Assembly: GCA_028534125.1 (NCBI GenBank)
Contig: CM052817.1
Span: forward strand, 30,568,001-30,632,000
Source of the DNA: Lama glama
Lineage: Eukaryota
DNA: 64,000 nucleotides
Direction: 5' to 3'
The notes under the pieces were generated by a model. That model had not been told where the DNA came from and did no database searches. It saw only the letters and a list, made by a program, of their open reading frames with translations. Shown piece after piece: positions 11,901 through 25,480 of this stretch. The position numbers and the translations under genes were made by a program. The first letter of the stretch is position 1, and each line of letters starts with the position of its first letter.

Positions 11901-14900
11901 TCACATGCAGCCTTTTCCCACCCTTTTATATCAGGACCATGCCAAGTCTGAGGCAAAATGAAAAAGTATTAATACTGATACTATATTTATTTAAAATGGG
12001 GGTATTTTGGTCATCATGGATTTTTGCAGATATCTTTATTTTTTTTAATGACTGAAAAATGACCTTCCAAAGATCATTCTAGCTCTGTGCTTTTATCTCT
12101 GTCACTGACTTCTCTATGATTCATGTCCACCTGTAAAAGATGGACATCTCTATTATCTGCCAATTCTAATTCAAGACTTGTGAGGTCCAATTTAAAACAA
12201 ACATCATCCAAATACTCTGTATATACACAAATGCAAGTCATTTTTAACTGTGGATTAATCATGTAAATATATTATCATACCTAGGCTTGCACGGAGGACA
12301 CTGGAAGTAATTATGTAGCAATTAGTGGTCAACTTGGAGTGGAAAACCAGAATAGAGATACTGGTAGTGAATGAAACAATTTTGAATTTCATCTTTAAAA
12401 GATAGAGACATACAAAGATACCATTCTCAGCTATTCTTCTTCTTCGCAAATTGCCAGGACTTTTGAGCTCTCCTAATGACTGCTGTGACATTTCCTTATG
12501 GTGAAAAGAGACTGGTTCTTCACAAAAGTAGTTAATGTAGCTCTGAGTGACTGAAAAGATAGAAACGATGACCACAATAAAAAATTAATTTGAATTAATT
12601 TGATGGAATTCAGTTAAGGAAAACACATTCTACATTTTTAGTACTGACACTGTGTTCAGTTGAAATAATTCCTTTTTGTACTAATGATTACACATTCTGG
12701 TCAATTTATTCTCCCAAGCAACAATTAAGAATCTTTGGTTAATTTTGTCCTTTCTCTTTGTTTAGCTACCTGATTTATTTAAAAATCTTCATATACAAAG
12801 ATAAGGAAAAAACTATGAGTTCACTTGTATCATGGATCTACAAATTTAAAATTACTTATTTTTATCCCTTTAAGAACTGTAAACATTTATAGGAGAAGAA
12901 TTCTTTTAAAAAAAGGAAGCCAATGAAATATTTCTTAAGAATAGATCAATAGACAAAAGAGTGCTTTCCTCACCAAAGAAATAAGGTCATTTTGTTGGAA
13001 TAATGAACAACCACAGCTTCTGACCGCAATTTCAAGCATTGTCCTTAGGGCTAGAAATCTACTCACATTCATGAAATAATTTATTATCAGCTTTTTTGTA
13101 TAAGTACTCTTTATTAAATATATACACATATACACATTTTACTGGACCTCATATTACTGGCAGCAATTTGTAAACGAGAGGTTTGGATTGGATGGTTTCT
13201 AAAGTATTCTTCAGCCTTAAAATTACTGACAATTCTAGGAAATACCTAGAGACATAGCCAAGAAGGAATTCTCAGATATGACTCACAATTAATATTTGGC
13301 ATTTGCACATTTTACAGGTCTCATATACAACCATTCCAAGGTAATGCAACAACTAAAAAACTAATGCCAATCAATTAATATAATTTCTTTCCTAAAAAAA
13401 TAAGAGATCCTGTTTGCAAGGTGGACATTTCTATCAAAATGTTCCCCAAACAGCCAAAACACATTCATTGACACAACCCAAATCAGAAAGGGTGAAAAAT
13501 AGAAGAAAAATCTTGGAAGTAACACACACACACGCACAAAAAACTAAACCTAGATTTAGCGGCATAGGACAGCTGCAAAAAATTCAATTAAGTTGTTAAG
13601 CCTACCTAATGAAAAAGAATAATCAGCACATGAAAATCCTGATAAATTGCAAAACAGAGTCAGCAGCATCCTAGCCCTTAGCTATGATTGTTTTACTCCA
13701 CTCCCTTGCTGTTCTTTTAATTTTAAAATACTCACCTTCCTTATGAAGCTATACAAAAACTCTCCCAAAATAAACACAAAACTGCCCAGAAATACAGAAC
13801 TATGGACACAAAATCTCCCTAGAAGCTTAGCATTTCACCAGCTAATACAGATCTATGTTGGGAGAAGCATCTAAAAGGCCTTGTATTGAATTCCTGATTC
13901 TGATGATTCTGTGATTCTGATCAAATTCTGTTCAGTGATTCTGATCAAATTTGAGAAAGGTAATCTATCAGGTCTTACAGTGCCCAGATATCTACTTTGA
14001 GGTACACAGTGTTTTTCACGTAGAGAACAATCCACATTTTTCTTATACTTTGAAGTCAATTGCTGAAGTTGTGCTAATGTGTACTAATCTCAAAAATGGC
14101 TATATGGACAATGTACTTGTCATCCTCTATCCATAAAGGAGAAACAAATATTTTGAATCTGTTGTCAGACTCTAACTAAATTTCCTGCATTAAAGAATGT
14201 GGTGTCCTCTGCTAGCTCATGGTTCATCAGCATGCATTGACTGTTCTACTAATTGAGTAATATTGCAGATAAAGGTGAAAGTGCTTTTCTAGAGAGAGTG
14301 TCTAGCATAGTGCCTGGAACACAGAAGGCTCTGAATAACTATATGTTGAAAGAATATATAACTGAATGAACTATTATCAAAAAGAATTCATACACTGAGT
14401 TAAACTTTGGCTCGAAGCACACATTTTCAAGTCAACTGTTAAGTCCTTTTTGGCCAACATATGACAGAGTACATCTTCCTTGGTCTCTGTCTTTGTTGCA
14501 ACAGAGGTTGCACGCTCTTTGTCAGTATTTGTTGTGTTCCATCTTCCTTTAAAAGGTTTCATGTAACAGGGAAAATCCTTTTCTTGCAGATACTAAGAGG
14601 ACCTCCGAAGGTCACTGCATATAATATCCAATAATTCTGATTAAGAGCAGTGTCACTGGGAAACTTAGGGTGGTTGGTTGATATTCAGAGTGTATATTAA
14701 AAAATGTCATTGTCTGTTTTAAAATTTCAAATTTCAATGCATAAATATGCACCACAGATTTCTAATAGCCCTATTTCTCTTGTCCCAACTTCCCAGGATG
14801 GTCTGTATTCCGTCTAATCTGAATGCTGAATTGATTCTATTTAAATCATCTTTCTGAAATGAAAGACGGCTCACTTTCCCTTCACTGAGGAATTAATTAA

Positions 14901-15051
14901 CTCTCCCAATGACTGGCTTGGATTTTTTAAATGGAAAAACTACATAGCATTTTTATGTTAGTAAAGAACAATTGTTTAATCTTTAAAAACATTTAAAAAG
15001 ACATTCTGCATTAAGTTCATCATCTTTTAGGAAATTCCTATAGCAACAAAA

Positions 15052-15582
15052 TTACATCAGACTTTCTGATTTCTCCATGGTGTCCTTAGATAAATAAACA
15101 ACCCAATAGACCATATTAAATGCCCCAAATGTTACTGGAAAGAGAATGCGGGCATATTTGTCTATTTTACTTGTGCCAGATCCAGAAGGTGGTGGAGCAG
15201 AGGGAGGAGTGGTGGCTGACAACTTCCCAGAAGCCCCTATGCTGTTAACTGTGGTCTTAATTCGTTCCAGTCTCGATCCAAATGCACGCTGGGTAGAAGC
15301 AGATCCAAGTGGAGCCTGTCGGGGCACATACCCAGTTCTACCGGGAGTAGAGGGAGGAGCAGATGGACTTGCTCGGGCGGCAGATATCGTCTCAGCTGCA
15401 TTTGCATGGCTGAACGGGTTTGGACTGGAAGCTAAGTAAGACTGTGTAGCTTCAGAAGATCCTTGGACTACCGTGGACGATTTGCTCAAGTGGTTTCCCA
15501 CCTCAGTTCTGTTGCCAACATCAGGTTCAGAGTGAACCAAGGCATTTGTTCTTTTTCTCATATTCAGATTGGCATTTGCATT
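15052..15582 (-). CDS. GABRA4: GABRA4 exon 9 coding part (531 nt including TAA; long Ser/Pro/Thr-rich M3-M4 loop, TM4, C-terminus ...[12 protein letters not shown])
   Basis: Acceptor ccttttcag|AAT, phase 0. The long loop and the C-terminus [38 protein letters not shown] identify alpha4 rather than alpha6. Confidence 0.98.
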   Translation of the reverse strand, partial: NANANLNMRKRTNALVHSEPDVGNRTEVGNHLSKSSTVVQGSSEATQSYLASSPNPFSHANAAETISAARASPSAPPSTPGRTGYVPRQAPLGSASTQRAFGSRLERIKTTVNSIGASGKLSATTPPSAPPPSGSGTSKIDKYARILFPVTFGAFNMVYWVVYLSKDTMEKSESLM

Positions 15583-17579
15583 CTGAAAAGGCATAGAAAA
15601 ATTATATTGGTTAGGTAACTTTATGTAGATGTATACAACATCTCAATGGATCAAATAATTACAAATGAGCTATTTCCATAAAATAAAGTTTTATTCATAT
15701 GCTATAGCTGCTCAGCTTGATGTAAAAGCTTAAAAATACCTAACTAAAAAAGGACATGTATATATTTGGAACTCTAAATCAAAAATCTTCTATTTCAAAA
15801 TATTACCCATTCTTTTAAATAATTAGAATTTTCATCTATACAAGGAAGATTAGGCTTTTAGGACTATAAACTGTAGTTATACTCAATTTTACTCTAGGAG
15901 TTCGGGACGATAGCTGTGCAATTTCTTTGTTCAGTTTTATTGTAAATAATATTCTCTGATATGTTGTATGCATTTCAATGAATTTTGTATATGTTTTGCA
16001 AACAGCAAGAACTGTATCTATTTTGTGCACAGAAACAAAACAATAATAACCATCTGAATGTGCATGACATTCCTTAGAAAAAGACAGATGCTACAAAAGC
16101 TTTAATTTCCAAATCTCTGGAATTTATTTTCAGTCTTCCAGAGACCATTATACACATTATTGTAAAATCTACAAATCCTAATGCATTTTAGTTTCTCACC
16201 ACAGTTAATAAACAGAGCAAAGGAAAATTACTCTTAAACAAAATGTCATATTAGACATATAAATAGCATCACCATATTATTGCATAAATATCTGAGTTCA
16301 AACCATTTACCAATAGTGTTTAAGTCGAAATGAGTTCACTAATTTTCATAAAATTATTTTACATGTAGAACAAGACTATTTGGACACAGATGGTAAACAT
16401 TAAAATTAATTCTCCTTACATTTTGGCAGGCGTGATAAATAACCATATAACCAACTATAGATGGTTCATACTAATGAAGGAAAGTAATTGCTCAAATGAT
16501 TCCCAAAATAGTCATGCCTGTCTTCCGAAGATACAATGATTTTTTTTTTGCAAAAACTTTTCCTCCTTCATTATGTCTATCCTAAGTTATACTAAGCGTA
16601 TATGATAATTGGTGTTTCTATCCTCTTCTCCTACCATTTTATTAAATAAATGGTGTGTGAGGAGATGGAGAAGTAGAGGAGAAAGAGGGGAAGAAGAAGA
16701 GCTCACAAGTGGGTGATCAGACAGAGCCAACCTGCAAGGAATTTTACAGATAATATTATATATTATACATAATTAGTTGTCAGTTCACTTTATAGAGAAA
16801 TGTTTATTCCACAAATAGAATCTGTTTTCAATACTACACTTATCAAGCAGGTTGAAAGTGTTCAGCCTACATCTCATATACTTGTGAACTATGGCTCCAA
16901 GTTCCTTGAGTAGAGAAGGAAAAAAAAAAAAAAGCCTCACAACATGCAGAACCCAAGCAGGATCTGAAAGGTTTAGAAAGTGTTCTTCATGTCAGCCTGG
17001 AGCATTCTTCTAATCAGTTTGCAGTTGAACTCATGAGAAATTGCAGTCTAACTTATGGCACCTAATTGGGTAGAGACAATAAAAACCAAAGTTGACATCA
17101 GCCTAAAAGCTAAAGGTATCATTATTTACCTTGCACTTTTCCTCTACAAAGCACATGGTAAATGCCATCTAATTAATCCTCAGATTTTGACTCCCTTTTT
17201 ACAGAAAGAGATAATCATTAATTAACTAGCATTAATGCTAAAATGTTGTACACATGGTGGAAAACACAAAGGATAAGGTATACCTACAAAATTTAAAGAG
17301 CTTACACCATCATTGGCAAAATAATATGCACACCCATGCACATGACGCAGTTAAAAATATAACAAAAAGTGAAATAGAATGAAAGGTCAAACTGTGGTAA
17401 CATGCCGAATATACTAAGAAGGGAAGGAAGGAAGTAATAATGGACCTATTGGATAAGGAGGAGAGAAATACACATTTTCAAATATAGACTTGTATTCGCA
17501 TACTGCCTTCTTCCACCAAAAGTTGGGTTGCCCATAATCTTTAGAAACTCATATTTTTTCATCAGACTAAACTCTAAGA

Positions 17580-18270
17580 ATTGGAGATTTCTACTTCTGA
17601 CCAAAATGGAATAACAGAACTGAATTTACTCTCCTCCATGAAATGACCAAAAAAAAAAAAACCTAAAAAATAATTATGAAACAATTATTTTTGAAGACAT
17701 TGGGTATTAGACAACACAGGACACAAGCTTTGAGAGAGAAGAAGCAAACTTGAGTTTGCATGCTGTGGTGCAGGAAAGGAACATCCAGGAACAATCTGAT
17801 AGACTCCTTAAACTGAGGAGATGAAGCTGAGAATCTGAGGAAATCAAGGCGGCTAGAGTTTACCGAAGAAAGTAACAGGGAAGCTTATGCTGAGGGAAAA
17901 AAAGGGAGAGAGAGAGAGAACTTCAAAAATCTGGAGTCTCCACTGACATTTTTGCTAAGCACAGATGTGAGGTAACTACCCAGGGCAAAAAGAACCACCT
18001 GAAAGGATTAGAAGAAACACTACCCAGCACACACCAAGCCAGAAATTGTGCATGTTCCTGCCAGCCATACTGGAAAATCTCAACATTTGTGTCACATTTG
18101 GTAGAGTCCTCAGAAGGGTCTTGCCTCATGGTATATGAAATATAGAATAATTCGCACCAAACACTGCTCTAATCCTGCCTAGTGAATTTTAAAAGTAAGA
18201 CCTCAAAGGATGAAACTAACACTAAGTAACTGAACGGAACCCCAGGAGGAAGTACAAGAACATTTATGGG
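17580..18270 (+). mobile_element. Old L1M (L1MC/L1ME-like) 5' end fragment
   Basis: Starts 'tttctacttctgaccaaaatggaataacagaactgaatttactctcc', resembling ancient L1 5' UTRs. Confidence 0.6.
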
Positions 18271-18339
18271 ACCTGGTCCTCTCTCTCTAGATCAGAATCC
18301 TGGAACATCCTAAAATCTCAACTGTGAATTCTGTTCTAA

Positions 18340-18466
18340 TATAGTTGATTGAATACAAAAATGGCACTGATCTGTCCTCCCTCTCTGTGTTAATGCCCTT
18401 TGTGCCACTGAGGCTTTGTAGCTGTTTGTTACGCAGCATTATTGTGGCACTAGGTGACGAAGATAA
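18340..18466 (+). mobile_element. Internally deleted MLT1 (F/G/H-like) LTR
   Basis: The MLT1 start 'gattgaatacaaaaatggc...ccctctctgt..atgcccttt' is joined directly to the MLT1 end 'gccactgagg..tgtttgttacgcagcattattgtggca..aggtgac'. Confidence 0.7.
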
Positions 18467-21400
18467 ACCAGTTGAACCAAGGGTCCTAACAAGAGCTACT
18501 GCCACGCCTCTTGTGAGGGGAAGTTTCTCAGATATTCTGGGATAATTAGAGGGGGAGTCTGTCAAGATTTCAAGACCATTAGGGGGCCCTGTTGCCTAAC
18601 TCCATACACACTAGCTAAAGGCCCAAGATATTTTGCCCTTTATAATCCCTTTCTTAAAGAATAACAATACCTTAAAACTAGAAGAGCGTCTAGTGATCAC
18701 CTTAGTCCAGTTCCTCATTTTACAGTCAAGGAAGATAACAGCAGAAAGGTCATAACTGGAGGAAAGTCAAACAGAGAGTTACTCATTGAATGTTCTGCCA
18801 CATTGTTCAACTTCTGGGTGCACAGATGTGAAGGAGGCATTAAAGAACTCAATAAACTACGTTTATCTGTGTTAGTTGATTGTTTGTAATAGTCAAGGAT
18901 GTTCTTTAAAAATTTTTCCAAGACTTAGAAATTGAAAAGGAGTACAGCATGGTTCCTCCAATGTCTTTGTGGAGCATTGTTCAAAAAGGATTATTAATTC
19001 TCTAGGGGAATTTGAGTTTACTTGAGTTTGATTTTGCTGTTTAACATTGGATTTGACACCCCCCCCCAATAAATTGTGATGTCACATATTAACTTAAGGA
19101 TTCCTTTTCAGTAGAAAAGAGCACCAAAGATGATGGTTTTTGTTGCCCTGAAGGATATTAACTACTTCTATCTAATCTTGCAACCTTATCCTAGTATTTT
19201 TTTTATTTTAATGGCTAATTGTATGCATTCTTCAAAAAAATTTTGAGCCAGTTTTAGTATTTAAGTGGTCCTCCCTTAATTTATGAGTTGGACAAAACTT
19301 GGACAAAGGTTCATTCCATATTTGTATGACTCATGTTTTCAATGGTTTGAAATGATATTCTAACAACATCTATTATTAGACAAGTTATAAAATATCCAAG
19401 AAATGTAAGCAAATACTTGAAGAAAATGCCCAGAAGAAAGAGTGATAGGACCAAGTCAAAGAGACAGGATCAGTCTAAGGCGACTGGAAAAAAAGAATCA
19501 ATGAAACAAGAGACTTTATGAAAATGGAAGGAGCAGTTCATAGTGTGCTACTAGGCTTATCATCTGAAAATAAAGATCAAATGTTTTATTCCTAGGGTAT
19601 AAAATTATCTTATTAATCATTGTAGGCTAATGCACAAAGCAGGCACCTACTTCATTTTTTAATAAATTTCACTGAAATGGATATAATACAGAGTCAAGAT
19701 TCTTTTTCAAATGCAAGAGGAAGTGTCAGAAACTTTCTATCTGACCTTCAGGTGACTATTTCTTTATAAGGCATAGTTCAAGAATATTGCCCATAGCGCC
19801 TAAGGTGTAGAAGTCATTTTGACTCAGTCCCCAGTCTGACTAAAAGCCTAAGAGGTCTCAAGACTCTAAATATCAGAACCTATATAAAGGAAAGCAGAAT
19901 TAGACTGATTTGAGGCTTACATCTTTGCTGTCTGCCAAGCAGCCAAATGATACTCAAGTTATTTTGTACTGAGGCCTCAAGGTCTGCTATGTAAAAAGTA
20001 GTTGTCATTTTCCATGATGACAAACAATAAAAAGATTGAGAAACCCGCTGACCTCCGTGGCACAGGACTCACTAGGAATAATATTCACACAGCGTTCAAG
20101 TTTTGGAACAACTAACGTGTCAGTGAGAGTGGCGTCGTGTTTCATACAGAGTGTTGGTGGTTCCATCAGTATTCAGCAGACACACAGTGGTTACAAATGA
20201 GAAAAGCACCTAAGCTTCATTTGAATTTTAAGAAATGATTCAGTTTGGAATCATTTTGTCATTAGTCACAATAGCCCGAAGCAAGGAAACTGGTGGGTTA
20301 GAGATGGGAGGTGGCAGATTCAAACATCACCAACAAATTAAAGCAGCAACAGGCGAACAGGAGCAAATCCAAGCAATTCATCAATCATGACTGTGATCTG
20401 ACACCATTTCTAAAGAAGTATTATCCACTGCAGAACGAGAACTCATCTCAACGTGTTACTCTAGCAGCAGTGAGATAAGTGACTACAGCAAGGTTTGCAG
20501 AATGCAAGCGGCATTCACATTGCTTGCTTGAGAAGCTAATGAAGTTTAACAAAATACAATTTAACTCTTCTAAATTAAAAACAAACAAGGCTAATAATGA
20601 ACAGGTTTATCTTCTAGAATATCAATGAGTCACATTACAAAAAAAAATTAAAAAGCCAATAATGCAAAGATACTTATTCAAGGCCCTTCCGACAGGGCTT
20701 TGGGGGCTAGCCACACATCTTATTTAATAAGGAAACAACCCCGGCAGAGCAGCTGAAACTAAACCCCAAGGTAATGAGTTACTGAGGACTATCAGTAGTG
20801 TTTTTAAAAAATCCTACCACATAGAAATGAAAAACATCCCCTACAAACATGCTAAATATTTCATGTTGTTACCAGGGGATTCTATGACGCATTGAACAAC
20901 AAAATGTAGAAATGAAAATGTTGAGTTCTCTATGTATTGTATTTCATTTCCCCTCAATGTTAGCATTTAATTCAATGTTTGTATTTCCATAAGCCATTGA
21001 AATACTACTTTTAATATCAGGCACTGGGATAAGAAATTTATGTCTTCAATCTGGAATAACCAGAGAACAAGACCTTTCAGAATTCATTCATCTTGTCTTT
21101 ACATACATAGAAGCTGAAAGTTTAAAAGAGTAGGGTTTCGTGAAGATACACGATTTTGTGGTTAGTTTGGTTTCATGGTGATTGCTAGGGTTTCTTTTTA
21201 CTTGTCCATGCTTTGTATATTAAATATATGGCTCCAGGAGAGGAGATCTCTGTTGAAGACTCTACCAGTCAGAGCAGAAGTTCTCAGCTTGATCAGGTGG
21301 GCTTGGACTTGACCAGAACACTACATGGAATTGCTCCAGGAGCTGTGTTTACCACTGCTACCAAAATAACGCTGGAGAGGGCAGAGGACAAAGCGCACTC

Positions 21401-21474
21401 CACTCACTTTCTCCAAGTGCAGACACTAAGCTGGAAGAGTCTTCTCTCGCTCCATAATGAAAAGTAGCATTACA

Positions 21475-21610
21475 GTCACTCTAAGTGTTTATAAGAATAA
21501 CCTGGGGGCTAGATAAAAATTCAACCTCAGGCTCTATTTGCAGGAAGTCGTATTTATTAGTTCTGCTGTCGCTAGTCATCAGGGATCAGAAATTGGGGAA
21601 ACACTGGCTA
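21475..21610. mobile_element. MER5-like hAT-Charlie MITE remnant
   Basis: Contains 'agaataacctggggg...aaaattc' and a terminal 'ttggggaaacactgg'. Confidence 0.45.
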
Positions 21611-21614
21611 AAGA

Positions 21615-21820
21615 GTTAGGATTGCAGGCCATCAAATCACACAGACCTGGACTCAGATACTCAATTTGCTATTAACTAGATGTGAGATATTTGGCAAGTT
21701 TTTTAACCCCTTGAAACCTCAAAGTCCTTGCTATACAGGAGTAACAATAGTACCTCTTCATAAGCCATAGAAAATAACACATGTCATGCAATGTCCAACA
21801 CATAGTGGGCATGAAATGAA
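21615..21820 (+). mobile_element. MIR SINE
   Basis: MIR core 'cagacctgg...tgtgagatatttggcaagttttttaacccc...aacctca...aacaatagtacct'. Confidence 0.7.
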
Positions 21821-22818
21821 TATTATATAGAAATAATCCAGAAAGCAGATAACAGGATTCTGCCTCAGAAATAAAAAGGTTTATTCCTCATAAATAAATA
21901 ATTACACAAAATAAGATTTTAAAATATTTTTTCTATGTTTCTCTAAAGATAAGGCCACCATTTTTAATAATCAGAAAGGTAGAGGACCACTGAAGCAAAG
22001 GACAGTCTGTGTTGAAGTCAAACATGAAAAGGATGTTGCTGGCTAAAATAAGAAATACATACGAGAAAACACACAGTGCAAAAGTACAATTAAAATTCAT
22101 CTTAGGCACAGTAAAGGTAAGCCTTAACATTAGAATAAATGGTGTAAAACAAATATTAAAAGCTCATCTAAGAAAAATGAGCACCAGCACTTTTACTGAG
22201 TGGTTCTTCTACACCTGGCACTCAGCTAACCAACCAGCTTTTGACCAACCAGCTACCCCAACCATAGGTCATACTCCTTGGAGGAAAAAAAAAACTACTG
22301 CCACAAGTATTTCAACGTCCAGAAGAAATGTGGGTTATATAAAAAGGGTGTCTCATGGATTATCATATCAGATCACCAATCTCTCTCTCTCACTCTGGAA
22401 CATTCCAACCATCAGAGAAGTCTAGAAACTGGTAAATCAGGAGAACATCAAAGACTGGAGTAATCCAAGAATGCTGTAATCCAACCTACAGGATGATATC
22501 CACACCTCATTCTGCTATGAAACGACATGCCCAGAACATTGGCATGATTAGAACTTTGACAACCCAGTCTGGCTGGCCCACTTTCTAAGTATGATGGGAC
22601 ATTAAGAAGAATCATATCTGAGGATAGATTGGTCTGGTTTTCCAGTATCACTTTTTTTCTTTTATCTCTTATTTCAAACATAGTAGTCAAAAGGGTTTTC
22701 TTCCACATTTACATGAAAATAGGAAATGGGTCAATGAAGGCGACCAGACTGGGGACAGTAGAAAGAAACAAATGTCAAAGAAGGCAAAAAAGTGAACCAT
22801 TAAGAGGTTTTTAATCAT

Positions 22819-23184
22819 TGCTATGGACTGAATTTTGTCCCCTCAAAATTCATAAGACGAAGTGCTAACCCCTCAAGGGATTATATAGGAGATAAGATCT
22901 TTAAGGAAGTGATTAAATGAGGTCCTAAGAATAGAGCCCTGGTCAGCTAGAACTGATGTCCTTATGAAGAGGAAGAGACACCAGAGAGCTCTTTCTCTGA
23001 GTCGTATGAGGACACAAAAAGAAGGCAATAGTCCGCAGGCCAGGAAGAGAGCTCTCACCAGAAACCAAACTTGCCAGAACCTTGATCTTGGATTTTCTAG
23101 CTTTAGAACGATGAGAAATTAATTTATATTGTTTAAACTATCCAATCTGCTATTTGGCTATGGCAGCCTGAAAAGACTAAGACA
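22819..23184 (+). mobile_element. MLT1A0-type solo LTR
   Basis: Runs from 'tgctatggactgaat' to 'gactaagaca', with a perfect 5-bp TSD ATCAT (22814-22818 and 23185-23189). Confidence 0.92.
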
Positions 23185-23448
23185 ATCATTTAACTTTAAT
23201 AAATGTAACTTTAAGACATATGTATCTTAAAACTTTTAAATAGTGAATGCTAATCTTCTCATAGAGAAAAAAATAAAAAACCTAAACAAACGTGCAGCTC
23301 TCTCATAGCAGATCTATTCTTTGTTTATAGTCTGTTCTGTCTTCTCCATTGAGTATCCTTTTCTGATAACCACAAATCCTAGGGAGAGTTAAGATACTAG
23401 ACAGGAAGAGAACTTGAGATGCTTTTGACAGGAATTAAGCATTGATTT

Positions 23449-23603
23449 GATCTCTTTTTTTAATTGGATTAAAGTTGATTCACAATGTTGTGTTAGTCTC
23501 TGGTGTATAGCATAGTGATTCAGTTATACATATATATATTCTTTTTCATTATTTTCATTACAAGAATATAGTTCCCTGTGCTATGCAGTAGGACCTTGCT
23601 CAC
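23449..23603 (-). mobile_element. Short L1 3' stub
   Basis: Reverse complement of the L1 3' UTR end. Flanked by a 12-bp direct repeat AAGCATTGATTT (23437-23448 and 23604-23615). Confidence 0.88.
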
Positions 23604-24719
23604 AAGCATTGATTTCTTTGTAATATTTTCAGTTGTTCTCAATAAATGAAAATACTTTTGTATATCCAGCAGGGGGCATCTACATCCTCTTTCTAAACAG
23701 TTCAAGTTGCCTAGATATGAGTCCTCCAGGATATCTCGAGTTCCTTTCAGCTTTTCCTCACCCGAGTAAGAGGACTTCAGTTACCAGGGAGGTTTATTTA
23801 ACTTTTTATATTTGGACTTAACTCCAGATCCTTCTTTAACTACCCAATATTTTTCCTTAAATATTTTTGCCTCCCTTCAGATTATGACTTTTAATGTGAG
23901 AGTGTGTATACATGTGCTGTGGACTTCAGAGCATACATTGGTTTAAATATTGGGAAGATGTCATTAATAACAATTTATAACTTTTTTCACATTTTATATT
24001 AAGAATCTTTTTTAAATCTTTAAGAGTAGGTTTAATATATGTAAATACCTATTAAAATATTGCAAATCTTAATACATTTTTCAATTCTTAACTCAAGTGT
24101 GTAAAAAAATTCATTTTTTAGCAACCAAATTATCCTATAGAAATGATTTGTTTTAGCCTTAAAATATTCAGAAAGTTATATTTGAACTTAGAAAACATTT
24201 GGACAATGCTTTTTTCTTAATATAGACTTGATATGATTTGATCATAATGAAACTGTGCTATAATAAAAAGCCATCCAGAAAAATTCAGATTCCTGCCAAC
24301 CCTAAAGGAGGCTGGCATAGCAAGTAGTCTGAGTCACAGTTTTATCTGCATCAGCAAAGGCAACGGGGGCACTGTCAAAAAAGGAATAATTTGTCAAGAC
24401 CAGATCTTCAGTCTACTTTTGCTTGGGGAGAAAATTCCAAAGCTCAAGAATTATCAGCCAAGTCACTTTGTAAAATCATAGCTATGCAGCATAAGGAAGC
24501 CTTTGATGACTCAAGAACTTTACCTAAAGCAGACTGAATTTCTTTGGAATAGTAGATAATGTTTGCCTACTGAATCTAAACATTTATAATGGCTTTCATA
24601 GATTTATATTTTAGGAAAAAAAGGCTCAAGTCCCATGTTTCGTCTCTCGTCAGAAGTGAGTAATGGAAGACCTACGATTAAGTTAATAAGCAATCAAGGA
24701 CTTATTAAAGGCATTGATT

Positions 24720-25090
24720 CACCCATTTCATTCACTCATTCAATAAATATGTATTGAGTGTCCAGTTTTTCATGTTATTTTGTTGGGCAGCGGGCGTACA
24801 GAGGTGAAAAAATACAATCCATGCAACTTCTACCAGGAATTATTTAAAAGTTATAATAATCAGTAAATGCTATCAAGGAAAAAATTTTAAATTAGGGAGT
24901 GTATTGTTTAGCCTGATTGCTGGGAATGCCTCTTGGTGAAAGTGACACATAAGCTGAAATTTTAGGGACAAGTAAGTCTCAACCAGGAGAAAGGGGGACT
25001 GTAGGAGAAAGGAACCAAGTGCCTGGTGGTAGTGGGAACAATTTACAAAGATTTCTCTCAATGGTATAAGAATAAAGAAGGTCAGTGATC
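24720..25090 (-). mobile_element. L2 3' end
   Basis: Starts with the reverse tail 'cattcactcattcaataaatatgtattgagtg', followed by L2 body sequence. Confidence 0.75.
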
Positions 25091-25279
25091 TTCCTTGTCA
25101 ATTAAAATCTGAGATCCCTTGAGGATGCTCTAAAATCTTCCTTTTCGTACTCTTATATTCTTTCAAAATGGACAATTAAGGCAATGCTTCACATTCAGGG
25201 GCTACTCAAACATAAGTGATGTCTGATACTAGCACTTGCCAGACAGAAATGTTGAATCTTTATCAATTTGTCTACAATG

Positions 25280-25480
25280 TATTCAGCACTTACTACAGAC
25301 CAAGCACTATACTAAATTGTTTTCACAAATAACCTCACACATTTCTGACAGCCACCCAAGAGATAGCATTAATATTCTCATTTTTCCCAATAAGGACACT
25401 AAAACCAAAAGTTGGGTACTTCTCCTAAGGTCAGACAATTAAAGTGGGTTACAGTCAGGGTTTGAATCCCAAACCAACAA
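25280..25480 (-). mobile_element. MIR SINE
   Basis: Contains 'agcacttacta...ctcatttttcccaataagg..actaa...aaggtcagaca...gggtttgaatcc'. Confidence 0.7.

Larger units (their letters stand above)
8230..15051 (-). other. GABRA4: Probable long GABRA4 3' UTR (3' end uncertain; may extend to ~5.6 kb)
   Basis: Follows the stop codon. Human GABRA4 is known to have a very long 3' UTR. Several candidate AATAAA sites on the minus strand (13110, 13080, 12774, 12705, 9203, 8250). Confidence 0.5.

Noticed and set aside
13895..13951. Repeated TGATTCTG motif and a 24-bp-period duplication in the 3' UTR, considered as a miRNA-site cluster
   Set aside because: It matches the (ATTCTRTG)n tail of CR1/L3/MIR3 elements plus local slippage.
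15146..15439. 97-aa ORF antisense to exon 9 (also 50398-50740, 61553-61894 and 62807-63019)
   Set aside because: Shadow ORFs of the real coding strand, with no independent support.
22009..22425. 138-aa ORF; also 447-809, 9992-10390, 36604-36921 and 37268-37591
   Set aside because: No recognisable protein family or exon structure, most start at non-ATG codons, and the lengths are expected by chance.
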